The notes beneath the pieces are model-generated. The model ran no database searches and had not been told where the DNA came from. It was given only the letters and a program-made list of their open reading frames with translations. A program made the translations under genes and the position numbers. Positions 38,291-51,037 of a DNA stretch of 64,000 nt are shown piece by piece (position 1 is the stretch's first letter; the number at the start of each line of letters is the position of its first letter). The DNA lies in NCBI RefSeq assembly GCF_009914755.1, contig NC_060935.1; one strand, given 5' to 3'. Source of the stretch: the human T2T-CHM13v2.0 reference genome, Homo sapiens.

Positions 38291-39404
38291 GTCTAAACAT
38301 GTGCAGAGTTCTGCGGATCTAATCTCTCATTCTATCCCCTCAACAATCCTGAGATGTTAAGCAACCTGTCAGACGTCAATCAAGACTCCAAGGTCTTGGC
38401 TGGGCATGATAAGGCCAGACGTCCTAGGGAGCCTGTGCCTAGAAGGTGGAGCTGAGGTGTTTGGCTGGATGAGGACAGCTGACAGTCCCTCTGTCTGCAG
38501 TCTGCAGGTGAGGGGAGCTATGGAAGTTTGAACAACTGGATGGAGGCTACGACTTAAAAGGTCAGTTTGTGACCAGACCAGAGAGAGGCCTTGTAGTGGC
38601 CCAGGTTCTCACTACCCACTTAGGTGTGGCTGCCCTGTCAGGCAGTGGCACTGATTGATGTCTGCTGTCAATAAGTGTGCTTGCAGCTGCTCCCAAGACT
38701 TTCTGCAAGGGCCTGATTGCCATCATACCAGAGGAAGCACTTGGAAGGAGAATGCATCTGATTAGTCAGTAACTAATGAACACAGGGAGAAAAAACACTT
38801 GAAAAATTCCTAGCAGGGCTCTGACATTTGGCTTTCTGGCAGCTAGTAGAGATTGTGGTTAAAAGTTGTTCAGATCTGGGTTCTAAGGTTGGAGAGGGTG
38901 GGAGGAAGTGCTGTAGAAAGGGACTCAATTTTGTTCTGAAGTGACCAGTAAGAATTCCAGTTTTCAGCCTCACTTGGACTTATTTGATTTTCCAGGGAGT
39001 TTACAGGGAGAGCTGGAGACATATTTTGCCGTGGTGAGAGGTGGTAGCCGTGAGGCTGGTCAGCTTGAGTCAGAGGGAGCTTCACCTTTTATTAGCTATG
39101 TGATCCTGTGCACCTTAACCTCTTGGAGCCTGTTTTCCAGTATGTAAAATGGGGCTGATCATCCATTCAACAACTGTTTAGTGAACACCTACTATGTGAC
39201 AAGGGCGGCTCTAAATGTTTGGTCCTGGCGTATTGGAGCTGTTACTCCAGTGAGTGAGAGATTGTAGATGAGATCACAGGTACAAAACACCTGGCACACA
39301 GTAGACAGAAGCACAGACTTCCTAGCACATAGGGGATAGTGATCAAATGAGGAAATGAATAGGAAAGTACTTTCTATTATATGAAGTATGAAACGGGGCA
39401 TTGA

Positions 39405-39782
<378 letters not shown>

Positions 39783-40344
39783 TCATCCTTAAAATATCAC
39801 CTGTTTCTCCCAGCACGTTCACCAGCCTGGTTTATTTTTTTTAAAGGCATAGTTTCAAAACCTCTGGAGGTGCTGTGTACACCCACCTGTGGCTTGTTCA
39901 TGTTCCCATCAGACAATGTCACCATTGTGTGGCTGTGGTGCCATTCACAGGCATGACCCAGTGTCTGCTGCTGCATGGGGTCCCAGATCAGCCTTGCACA
40001 CCACAGACTGGAAGAACTGGGGGACTTTGCCCCTGAGTGTTTCCCTACTTGGATACAGTCCTGCAATGGTAACTCATGTTATATTGGCATTTTTGTTTTT
40101 GCTACAGTGAGATTGTTGTGAAACTATGTTTGCTTTGTGCTTTGGTGACATGGGAAAGTGTCAGCTCCCCTCTTGGGTCTGTTAGTCCTGAGTGACAAGT
40201 GGCCAGCCCTGTTCCCAGGGTCAGGGGAAACACTGTGATGGGTATTATGCAATATGCCTTTCCCTCTCTCTCTGCTTTTTCCGCACTGCTGTAGCACTTG
40301 ACCTTCTGTGGTAGTGGTTTCTGTGTGGGCCCCTCAGTAACAGT

Positions 40345-40770
40345 GTGGCATCATTAGGAGCCAGTTATTGCTTTCAAACCCCGCGTACTTGTCACATAAC
40401 ATTGGGAAAGTCACTTTGCCTCTTTGAGCCTCAGTTTCCTCATCTGTAAGATGGGGAAAATAGTATCTCCCACAGAGGTGGGTTGGAAACTGAAGGAATC
40501 CCTTGTTTGTAAAGTGTTCACGTTGCATGGCATCATCTTCATGGTAATTATAATCACAGCTAACCTGTTGAGCCCTTGCCGTGTGTCAGGCATTGGTAGA
40601 TTATCTCATTTCAATCTCACAGTAACCAGAATGGGTGATCCATTTTACAGATGAGGCAACTGAGTCTCAGATAGGGTAATTCTGGGCAAGTTACTAAAAC
40701 TATCAGGAAATGCTTGGAGCATGTTTGGAACTAAATTATCTGACTCTAAGAAGTGTTCTCTTAATGATTT
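40345..40770. mobile_element. Two MIRs tail-to-tail (+ 40345-40530; - 40550-40770)
   Basis: Cores ctcagtttcctcatctgtaagatgg (40430-40454) and ccattttacagatgaggcaactgag (40640-40664). Confidence 0.75.
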
Positions 40771-41492
40771 CACCGTAGACATTTGGCAGATGGTAGTTAC
40801 TATCCTACATAAGACTGGAGCAAGCATTGCCCCCTGCACAGGTAGATGCTCAGGCAATGTTTTCTTCATGCACCAAGGCACGCATGCAGCTCTAAGCTAC
40901 TTAACTTGATATTCAGAGGCAAAGTTAGGAGTAGGGATAGTCCCAGGATGTGGAAAAAGATGAAAATCCTAATTAATGAGAAGCTGTGCCACTCTTGCTG
41001 GTCACTTGCTCTGTGTGAGTATCCCTTTGAAACAAAGGCTTCTAGGTGGGCAGGTATTAGGGTTTATCTTTGTTTGGTGGTTGTGCAGGCAAGTAGGTTA
41101 CTGCAGATAAAAAGAGAAGAAACCAGCAGATGGCTCTTCCCCTCCCCCTGCTGCCTTCTTCTGGGTCCAGACAGGGATTTATACCCTTTGGTATAAATGT
41201 TCATGTTAGCCATATTACAAAACATATGTCAAGAGCAAAGGCTGGCAATACAATTCCTCATATGCTCAGATGGGGAATAGAGAACCCATTCACATCTCAG
41301 TGCTCCTGGAACCCAGCTTTCTAGGAGTCTTACCTGGCTCAAGATCAGCTGAGAACCAAAGAGCCTTCCCTGCTGTACCCTGGGGCAGCTCAAAGGGGTG
41401 TCACAAAATCCTTCTACTTATGGGTTTTCCTTGAGGGAAAAGTTCCAGCATGGCTCTTGCTTAAACAGTATGTGCTCTTACTTTATACAGAG

Positions 41493-42074
<582 letters not shown>

Positions 42075-42190
42075 TTATACAGTTTCTAAAGACTCTGGGG
42101 TCTCTTAAGGAAGGTCGAGCAACTCAGTAGGTCCTAAGGACACATCCTTGTAAACATCAAAACACTATCATTTATAGTGACGTCCCTGGG

Positions 42191-42378
42191 ACCGGGGCCT
42201 GTCGGGGACTCGGGGGCTAGGGGAAGGATAACATTAGAAATACCCAATGTAGATGACGGGTTGATGGGTGCAGCAAACCACCATGGCACATGTATACCTA
42301 TGTAACAAACCTGCACGTTCTACACACATATCTGAGAACTTAAAGTATTAAAAAAAAGACAAGAAAAGAAAAGAAAAA
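42191..42378 (+). mobile_element. L1PA (L1PA7/8-like) extreme 3' end with A-rich tail
   Basis: gtagatgacgggttgatgggtgcagcaaaccaccatggcacatgtatacctatgtaacaaacctgcacgttct...gaacttaaagtatt. Confidence 0.88.
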
Positions 42379-42529
42379 GTGCAATTGTGTTAATTAAAAA
42401 TCAGATCATTATAATCTGTTTGGAAAAAAATCCCAGTGGAATTGTTTAAAATGTGTGGCTCTCAGAAGTGTAAACCTTCAGCAATCTAGAATGACTTATT
42501 CCTCCAAAACTCAGTGTTATTCATTTGAA

Positions 42530-42730
42530 TATTAATAATGGTTGTTTATTTACTACATACTATGTGCCAGACACTGTGTTAACCACTTATATGATCTCAT
42601 TTAATCTGTAAAGCAACTGTATATCACCACTGCACAAGTTCAGAAGGACACTGATGTTCAGAAGGGATATGACTCCCCAAGGGTCACCTAGCTTATAAGG
42701 CAAAGCCAGAGTTCAACCCTGGTCCACACC
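42530..42730 (-). mobile_element. MIR SINE
   Basis: tactatgtgccagacactgtg...atctcatttaatc...gccagagttcaaccc. Confidence 0.6.
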
Positions 42731-43445
42731 TACACCTGAGACTGTAGACACTTGCCTTTATGATTTTGTGGTTGCAGAAAGCCCACAAATGTCCCAAGTA
42801 ATACATCAGAAGATGGCAAGGATGGGGATAGAATGATGGTCATTGCCCTAGAGGTTGGGCATGTGGGGCACTGCAGGGACATTGGGCAGAACCGGACTTT
42901 TCTGAGAAACCGGAGAGCAGAAACCCCTGTTGTGCTGTGCAGCCTTGAGCAAAAGACTTGCTTCTCTGTGCTCTGCCTGTTTCTCCAGTGTGTAGGGCTG
43001 GGGACACCATTTCACCTATTTGACTATTGTAAGGAGGTGGTTTTTAATCCCAAGGTGGGGGCTACATTAAAAGGAGGATACATTAAACCGTTAAGGAGAG
43101 AGGAAAGTGGGAAAAAGCCACCAGCTAATTTCGGTTTCCTCACCCCATGCAGCTAAAAGGTTATGTGGACTTGTGGTTGATACCTGTGGGGATGGGTATC
43201 ATACTCCTTGCTAGATGCTGCAGATGCAGGAATGAATGTGTCACCAGCTTAGCTCTTGATAACAAATGGTGCATTTCGATTTTCTTAAAATTGTGAACAA
43301 TTGAATAAGCAGTGACATTCTTTGTGGTGTTCAAGGACAGAATGAACACTCTACTATTGTTGCAAAATCATTTTTTATACTCCAGAGCATTCAGAACTAA
43401 ACCATTTAACCACGTACTGCTCAGTCTTAGAAATGACATTGTGTT

Positions 43446-43782
<337 letters not shown>

Positions 43783-45672
43783 CTAGAGTGAGGCTTCCTG
43801 AACTGGGGCCAAACAGTAGCATTCCCCTTACAATCAATCCACTGGAAATGCCTCAGATGCTAAACGACTGGTTTACTTTAAACATTAGTCTCCACACTGG
43901 CATTTCCTTCTAAGAAATACAGTTTGCTCTGTTTCTCCTGGAGCTGCTAACCTGATGCCATCTGCCTCTGGATCCATCAGGCTGCCTGGCATATCCATCT
44001 GCATTTATAGTTTGGTAGCTAAGGCTCCATTCTAGCACTTTCAGTGCAGTTGTTTTGCAGAATTTTTCTTGGGTTCTTTAGTGCTACCCGGCTTCATTTG
44101 AGGGCTAATTGCAGTATAAACTTAGCAGTGTTATTATCCCCTTTGGTTTAACATGGTACAATTATTATCAGTTTTTGTTATTACAACTAATGATTAGGTT
44201 CTTTACTTGAATTGATCTGTCAAAATGTTCTCTTTTGGATTTCAGCCTGTTTGATGTGGAATGATGTGGAGTTATAAGCAAACAAATGATGCACTCCTTA
44301 AAATTCTGTCAGGGGTAATAAAGTGAATCAAAATGAATTCACTGTTTAGCTGTCTTAGCTTTCCTTCCCCTTTTATCTTGTCAAGCCTTTGACAGCAGCT
44401 TCTCTCCCTCACAGAGCAGTTCTGGAGCACTGAGTTTTTGGTTAGAAGGGATGGGCAGAGGGGTACCTCTGCAAGATGGAGTGATTGGAGCAAGAGGATG
44501 GCTGGACTCATTCTTGGGTACTAGTGTCAAAGGATCCTAGAGACTTTCTCGTGAAATGACTTGATGATTTAGAATTGGAATTGGGGATGGGATGGTGATT
44601 TTGGTCTTTCCTGCTGTTCTTTGTCCAATCAGTTTCTACTGAAACTTCACAGCTATCCACCTGGGGGCAAACCAGGATGAAGAATCAATGGGCTCCTGGG
44701 GAAAAAGCAACAGCAGCCCTCAATTTTCCATCATTTTAGGGAATGAAAGCCTTTGGAGAAAACAATTCTGGATAGCTGAGGCTCAGACAGGAAGCCTGCT
44801 TGCTTTAAGCCCTTACTCAAAATCTTGAGCCCTTACTCAAAACGCACATTGCTCCGTTTTTGCTGAATTGCTGGACCTGATGAAATCTATCTTTGATGAC
44901 TAAAGAAATCATAAGTTTATTTTTCAAGGGTACCCCTTGGAAGAATGATTTTCCTTGCATGAGCTAATGAAACAGCAAGTGAAGGAGATGGGGCTGAATT
45001 TATGTCCATGATTAGCATGGCCCATGAACACTGACTTAAAAAATAAATCTAGGTGTTTTCTTGATTCACTTCAAAAAGTTGAGAGCTGGGGACAGGGAGG
45101 GAAGGGAGAGGAAACTCCAGATAATTAATGATCCTTGTGAAATGGTTTCTGATTAATGAGCCTGAGCTATGGAGTGATTTATTTTCCCTGCTCCCTGCTC
45201 TTTTTAATCAATAAAGAGATTCTGATTGGAGGATTTGCTGAGAGCCCACATCATGTAAGTCTCAAGTGTAATCAGTTTCCCAAGATTTGCCCTTTTTCTC
45301 CATATTCAGCTCTACCTGGCGACCACTTACCAGCCTCCTGCGGTGGGCCAGCCCCTGTGACGCACTACCAGGAGTGCAGAGATGGGTGAGTGGGAGTGGA
45401 AAGGTGGTGCCAGCATACACGTTCTCTACATCTGCTATATCACAGGCTGCTGAGGTTTGGGTCAGGAAATTAAGAGGGACTTGATGGGGGACAGGCATTG
45501 GAATTAAGCTGGGTGAGATGGCCTCAGGCAGCAGAGGCACCTGGGCAGAGGGGATAGACTGAGTTCAGAGAGAGGGAAGTGTGGGGTGTGTCCAGTTTTC
45601 CTGAGGGTTATCGTATTATTACTACTGAGCATGTGGTATGTGTAGGTGTATCATTTCATTTGGTCCTTATAA

Positions 45673-45905
45673 CATAGACTGGCAGACTTTCTGTGAAGAG
45701 CTGGTAGTCAGTACTTGAGGTTTTGTGGGCCACAGGTCTCTCGGTCACAACTGCTCGGCTTTGCTTTGTAGCACGAAAGCAACCAGAGACCATAAATGGA
45801 TGAGTCTGTGTCCTGATACCTGTCCCGAGGTTGTTGACCGCCTATTTGTTTACATAAATAGGTGGTCAGCTAGAATTGGCCCGGGTTGCAGTTTGCCAGC
45901 CGCTG
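45673..45905. mobile_element. MER58A (hAT-Charlie MITE) with perfect 8-bp TSD, inserted in a MIR
   Basis: ggcagactttctgtgaagagc...tgtagcacgaaagcaacc...gtttgccagccgctg. TSD ccttataa at 45665-45672 and 45906-45913. Confidence 0.85.
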
Positions 45906-46155
45906 CCTTATAATATGTTTGATATAATCCCTGTTTTATGGAGGATAAAACCAAAGAACAGAAAGATTAGTAGAAACTAACATTGCCCAGGGCCAAGGGC
46001 CAGCTTGACTAGCTCAGATTCCAAAGGCTGCATTCTTCCACACACGCTGCCTCCCCTTCAAAGGCTGGAGGACTTTCTGGGACAGATGGATGATAAGGCT
46101 GCCTTGACTGAAGTGTGAAGAGTTAGCCTTTATTATTTTTATTATTTTTTTAATT

Positions 46156-46605
46156 TTAAAAAATTGTTTTAAGAAGTTTAAAAACAGGCATGCTTAATTA
46201 GCATAATACTGAATGACAGCCAATCACAAACTGAATTTTTAAAGTGGGAAGTGTTTGCTCCTGGTGTGGTGCACCGGCCTGTAATCTGGGAATCCCAGCA
46301 TTCTGCGAGCCCACGCCCAGGCCTAGGAGGGAGGATCCTTTGTTCTATGAGTTTCACAAGCCTAGGTAGTAGAGCGGAATCCCGTCTCTACCAAGGGGAG
46401 GAAGGGGAGGGTGGGGAGGGAATCAACAATGAGCTGGGCGTGATGGCACCATCTGTAGTCCCAGCTACTCGGGAGGCTGAAGCAGGATGATCATTTGAGT
46501 CAGGGAAGCTGGCTGAGTTCGAAGCTGCAGTGAGCTTTGATTACCCCACTGCACCCCAGCCTGGGAGACAGAGTGAGACCTTGACTCTTAAAAACAATTT
46601 TTTAA
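46156..46605. other. Insert resembling the U3 snoRNA gene upstream region: CCAAT box, variant octamer and a degenerate AluJ (46258-46595, +)
   Basis: The minus strand reads TTTAAAAATTCAGTTTGTGATTGGCTGTCATTCAGTATTATGCTAATTAAGCATGCC, recognised from memory as SNORD3 distal promoter sequence. No U3 RNA sequence is present. Confidence 0.65.
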
Positions 46606-46611
46606 GGGGGG

Positions 46612-46965
46612 GATGGTATAAAATAGATATAAAATTTACCATTTTAACCATTTTTCACATATACAATTTAGTGGCATTAAGTACATTCATGTAACAAATG
46701 GTATATAACCATCACCATTATTTATCTCCAGAACTTTTTCAACATCCCAAACCAAAACTCTGTACCCATAAAACTTCCCTTTCCTCCCTCTGCCCAGACC
46801 CTTTTAACCCCTATTCTACTTCGTCTCTATGAATTTGATTCTTGTAGGTACCTCTGTAAGTGGAAACATGCAATATTGTCCTTTTGTATCTGGCTTATTT
46901 CACTTAGAATTACGTTTTCAAGGTTCATTCATGTTGTAACATGTTTCAGAATTTCATTCCTTTTT
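46612..46965 (-). mobile_element. L1MB-type 3' end
   Basis: ataaaatttaccattttaaccatttt...gtggcattaagtacattca...ccagaactttttc...ctggcttatttcacttag...ttttcaaggttcattcatgttgta. Confidence 0.85.
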
Positions 46966-47160
46966 CAGGCTGGAGTGCAATGATGCATGACGGCTCACTG
47001 CAGCCTTGACCTACAGGGCTCAGGTGATCCCCCCACGTCAGCCTCCTCAGTAGCTGTGACTATGGGCACGTGCCATCACACCCGGCTAATTTTTTGTGTT
47101 TTTTGTAGGGAGGGGGTTTCACCACATTGCCCAGGATGGTCTTGAACTCCTGGGCTCAAG
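46966..47160 (-). mobile_element. AluJ fragment truncated at both ends
   Basis: caggctggagtgcaatg...ggctcactgcagccttgacc...ggtcttgaactcctgggctcaag. Confidence 0.85.
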
Positions 47161-48377
47161 TTTGCCTTTAATTCAGTGGGAAGTGGGGAGCCATTGATGA
47201 TTTTTTGAACGGGTAATTAGATTAGAGCTGCGCCCTAGGAAAGTTCGTTTGGCATTGGTGTGTAGGTAAATCAAAGTTGAGAGAAGAGCTCTTGTTTCAG
47301 AATGAGAAGTTCACTTTGGCAGAGCCGTTTCCAACCACTCTATCCTGTAGAAGTTCTTGTGAGTGTACCTGATACTTGTGTGGCCTCACCGTGGCTCTAT
47401 AATCGCAGTGTGTGTGTATGTGCACTTGTTGAAATAAGTTTAACCTTGGCTTCTTGCTGTGTTGTGCAAACTCACAAAGAAACCTAGTTGTAGAGACAGT
47501 ATGTCTATTTTAAAGAACCTTAATCATCTAAGAAGGGATGAGCTGAGGCACAGCATCTCATCCCACTCAGCTGTGCCCTTGTTGATGTTCACTTCTCACT
47601 CAGCTGATGTTTTAGGTGCACGTGGCTTTAAACTGTAAACTTCATGGTCCCTCCCACGTGGCTGAGGAAATCCCTCCAGGGTTTGAGAGAGCAGTGTGGT
47701 GCATCCCCTAGTTAGGGAAGGAAGCCTTGCTTTATATACCAGCCTGGCCGGTTTCTGACTTGTTTTTCTTTGACACTGTGCCATACTTTGTTATTCCAGG
47801 TAGGGGATATTCCAGACTCTTGAAATTTGGCTGTGAGAAGGGGAAGAAATCCTTGAGTCATTTGTATCCTGGAGATTCAGGGTGGAGGCTGTGGCTGATT
47901 TTGTTATGTCCATTTCACGAAGCTGTTAATAAAATTTTTTATTACTAACTTTTATTTACTGAACACTTAGCATGTGCCAGATTCTGTGACCTTTGTATGT
48001 ATGAGCTCATTTCATCTTCATAATACCAATGATGTAGGTATCATTATCTTGCAAATGACAACACTTAGGCCAGAGGGCACAGAGGGAATTGATAGCATAG
48101 AAGCTAAGATTAAAGCAACTCTGTCAGTTCCAGAGCACGCCTCTTTATTACCCTTCTCCCCAATTGCCTTCACTTCCTGAGCCCCAGCATGGATCAGGAC
48201 AGGCACTTCCATATAGTCCCACTCTGAGTCTTCACATCGACCTTCTGAAGCAGGCCTTATTGTACTCATTTTACAGGTGAGTAAACTGAAGCCCAGAAAA
48301 GTAGAGTCACTTATCCAAAGGCATTCAGATAGCAAGGGAAAGATCTAGGTTTGGGTTTTGATTACTTTTAAAATCTG

Positions 48378-48724
<347 letters not shown>

Positions 48725-48789
48725 CTAGAGTCAGTAGGAGGATGCCACGGAAGGGATGAATAACTCGATTAACATTCACATTTGTATTC

Positions 48790-49030
48790 AGAGAGGCATT
48801 GCAGGATGTCAAAGGGATTGTAAAATAGGTTAGTCTGGGCTCAAATCCTGGCTCTGCCACTTATTTGTGACCTTGGACAGGTTACTTTACCTTTCTGCTC
48901 TTCAGTTTTCTCCTCTGAAAAGTGGACACAATAATAACCTCTGCCACATAGAATGAAGATTGAATGAGTTAACGTGTGTAAAATGTTTATGTCAGTGCCT
49001 GGCATGTAGTAGGCACTGTATGTTAGTTGG
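48790..49030 (+). mobile_element. MIR SINE
   Basis: ctgggctcaaatcctggctctgccacttatttgtgaccttggacagg...gtgcctggcatgtagtaggcact. Confidence 0.78.
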
Positions 49031-49657
49031 ATTTATTAAGCTCCTTCTCTGCATAAGGCACTCTTTCAAAAGTGCTCTTGTAGGTACTTGGCATACGTCA
49101 TTAAACAAAACATACCCAAATCCCTACTCTTGTGGAGCCTACAGAACCGGGACCTGAACCCATGTCTGCTTCTTTTCCTTTTAATGTTTATTTTCCTTCC
49201 TCTCTCCCTCTTAATAATTTTCTTTAATGATCTTTTAAATTTCAAGTTGGCTATTGTCATTACAAAGGTGATGGGGTCTACTTCCTGAGCCTTCTTTGTG
49301 CTTATAAAATTGAAAATACTCTTGCTTTACTGGATCGTTGGTCTCTGACAACTGGAGAGTCACGGGGAAGGAGACTAGCATGGATTTAAGGATTGGATCC
49401 TTGGGCTGTGTTGTGAAATAGAAGGTCACTGTGGGTGCACCTTTGCAGTGGAAGACAGAGCTTCTAGGTGGGTGGGTGGTGGACAGGTGCTACAGCTCTC
49501 ATCTCTTCAGGAACCAGAAGATGCAGCTCCACCTCATCACTTCCTGGTATGAGGCCCTCATGGTCCCCAGGTGAAGTAGCCAGAGATGCTACCTCCTTAG
49601 AAGGTCTCTGCTTGGCAAACCTGACCCCGGCTCCTGTTCCCATTCCAGGAGTGTTGC

Positions 49658-49694
49658 GGGGGGGGGGGGGGGGCGCGATGGGGAGTGGGGGGGG
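49658..49694 (+). repeat. G16 homopolymer plus G4 and G8 runs
   Basis: G16 at 49658-49673, G4 at 49680-49683, G8 at 49687-49694. Confidence 0.9.
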
Positions 49695-50919
49695 ATGACC
49701 ATTGTGTGGGATTACACTGGGAAAGGCATTTGGAAGAACAGGATAGAGGGTGAGGATGAGACCATATGCTGCTCTGGGAGTCACATGGATCCTCGGAGCA
49801 GGCCTACTGGTTGAGGTAGAATGATCACCTTCATCATTTTGGTGGAGACATCATGGGATTAGTACTTGAGCCTGTTGTCACTAACCAGTTGAGGCAGGAC
49901 ATTCTCCTTTTGACCAATCATTTGTTCCTATCCATTTGAAAAAAAGAGGTGCTGATACCCTAAGGCCTACATGTTCACATATACACTCTTCTGCAAACTC
50001 ACAAGTCCATGCATGGAACTTGGCACTCAAAATCAGAAGGTTTTTTGTTTTGTTTTTGGCTTTGATGGTTGGGGAGAAAATTTTCAGGCAAGAGTTTTCT
50101 TGTGCTTGTTGGCCTGTTTCGAAAGAAAATATTCTTCTTTCCTGACCATTCTGTGACCAGGAAGAGCAGGTCAGATATGTTCCCCAAGGGGGTCTGTTCT
50201 CCTGATTCCATGGGTCAGCCAGTCTTTGCCTTCTAAAATGCTGCACACAACAGTGTTGTGTTTAAATATGTTGGAATTTGCTGGGTTTTGTTCACAGAAT
50301 CCCAACAGTGAAAATGATGCCTGGCTTTTAAATTAAACCGATTAAATTTGAGATTATTGTGAGGCCATAAATAACTTCACTCACACAAGAGTAATTGAAG
50401 GGGCTCTGTTTTCATACTTGGCTTCTTTTCAAGGGACCCAGGCTCCTGAGAACTCAGAATAGCTCAATAGCCCTCCTTACCCTGAAATGGCCCATTAAGA
50501 GATGCCTGTTGGGTGGTAACCTCCCCATACGTTTTCTCAATAAAGAGAAAAAGATGGGAAGGGGTGGGGGAGACTTTGCTTGCATCTAGAGTCGCAGCCT
50601 CTCAAAGCTGCAGCCTCTCAAAGCCGTCTGGAGCAGACTGTTTAGTTCTGTGTCCCCTGTCTCATTCAGCCCTCTGCATGTTTTGAAGCTTTCTTTAGTT
50701 TTTCCCTGAATCTTGACGGCAGTCCTCTCAATAGGCTAAGGCCCAGCTATGGTTAGCTGAATGCGTGATCAGCACAATGCACTGAATTTTAATGGTGCTG
50801 GCTGGCCCTGAAAGCTCACCAATGGGACAGTGGCCACTGTGCCGGCCCGAGCAGCTGCCTCAGACTCTGAGAGGGGATCCGTCTGGCTTCCTAAAGTTGC
50901 CTGTTTGCTTTTTTTACAG

Positions 50920-51037
50920 ATCTACACAGACTGGGCCAATCATTACCTAGCCAAATCCGGCCACAAGCGTCTCATCAAGGATCTCCAGCAAGATGTGACA
51001 GATGGCGTCCTCCTGGCCCAGATTATCCAGGTTGTGG
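50920..51037 (+). CDS. NAV2: NAV2 internal coding exon (118 nt, phase 0 to phase 1; likely exon 2), calponin-homology domain
   Basis: Acceptor tgtttgctttttttacag|ATC and donor GTGG|gtaaga. Translates IYTDWANHYLAKSGHKRLIKDLQQDVTDGVLLAQIIQVV, the neuron navigator/UNC-53 CH-domain start. The residues DVTDGVLLAQIIQVV match my recollection of NAV2 rather than NAV3. Confidence 0.95.

Noticed and set aside
46130-46612. U3 snoRNA pseudogene or snaR/7SL RNA gene
   Set aside because: No U3 RNA sequence, PSE or 7SL S-domain is present; only upstream-like DNA and a degenerate Alu.
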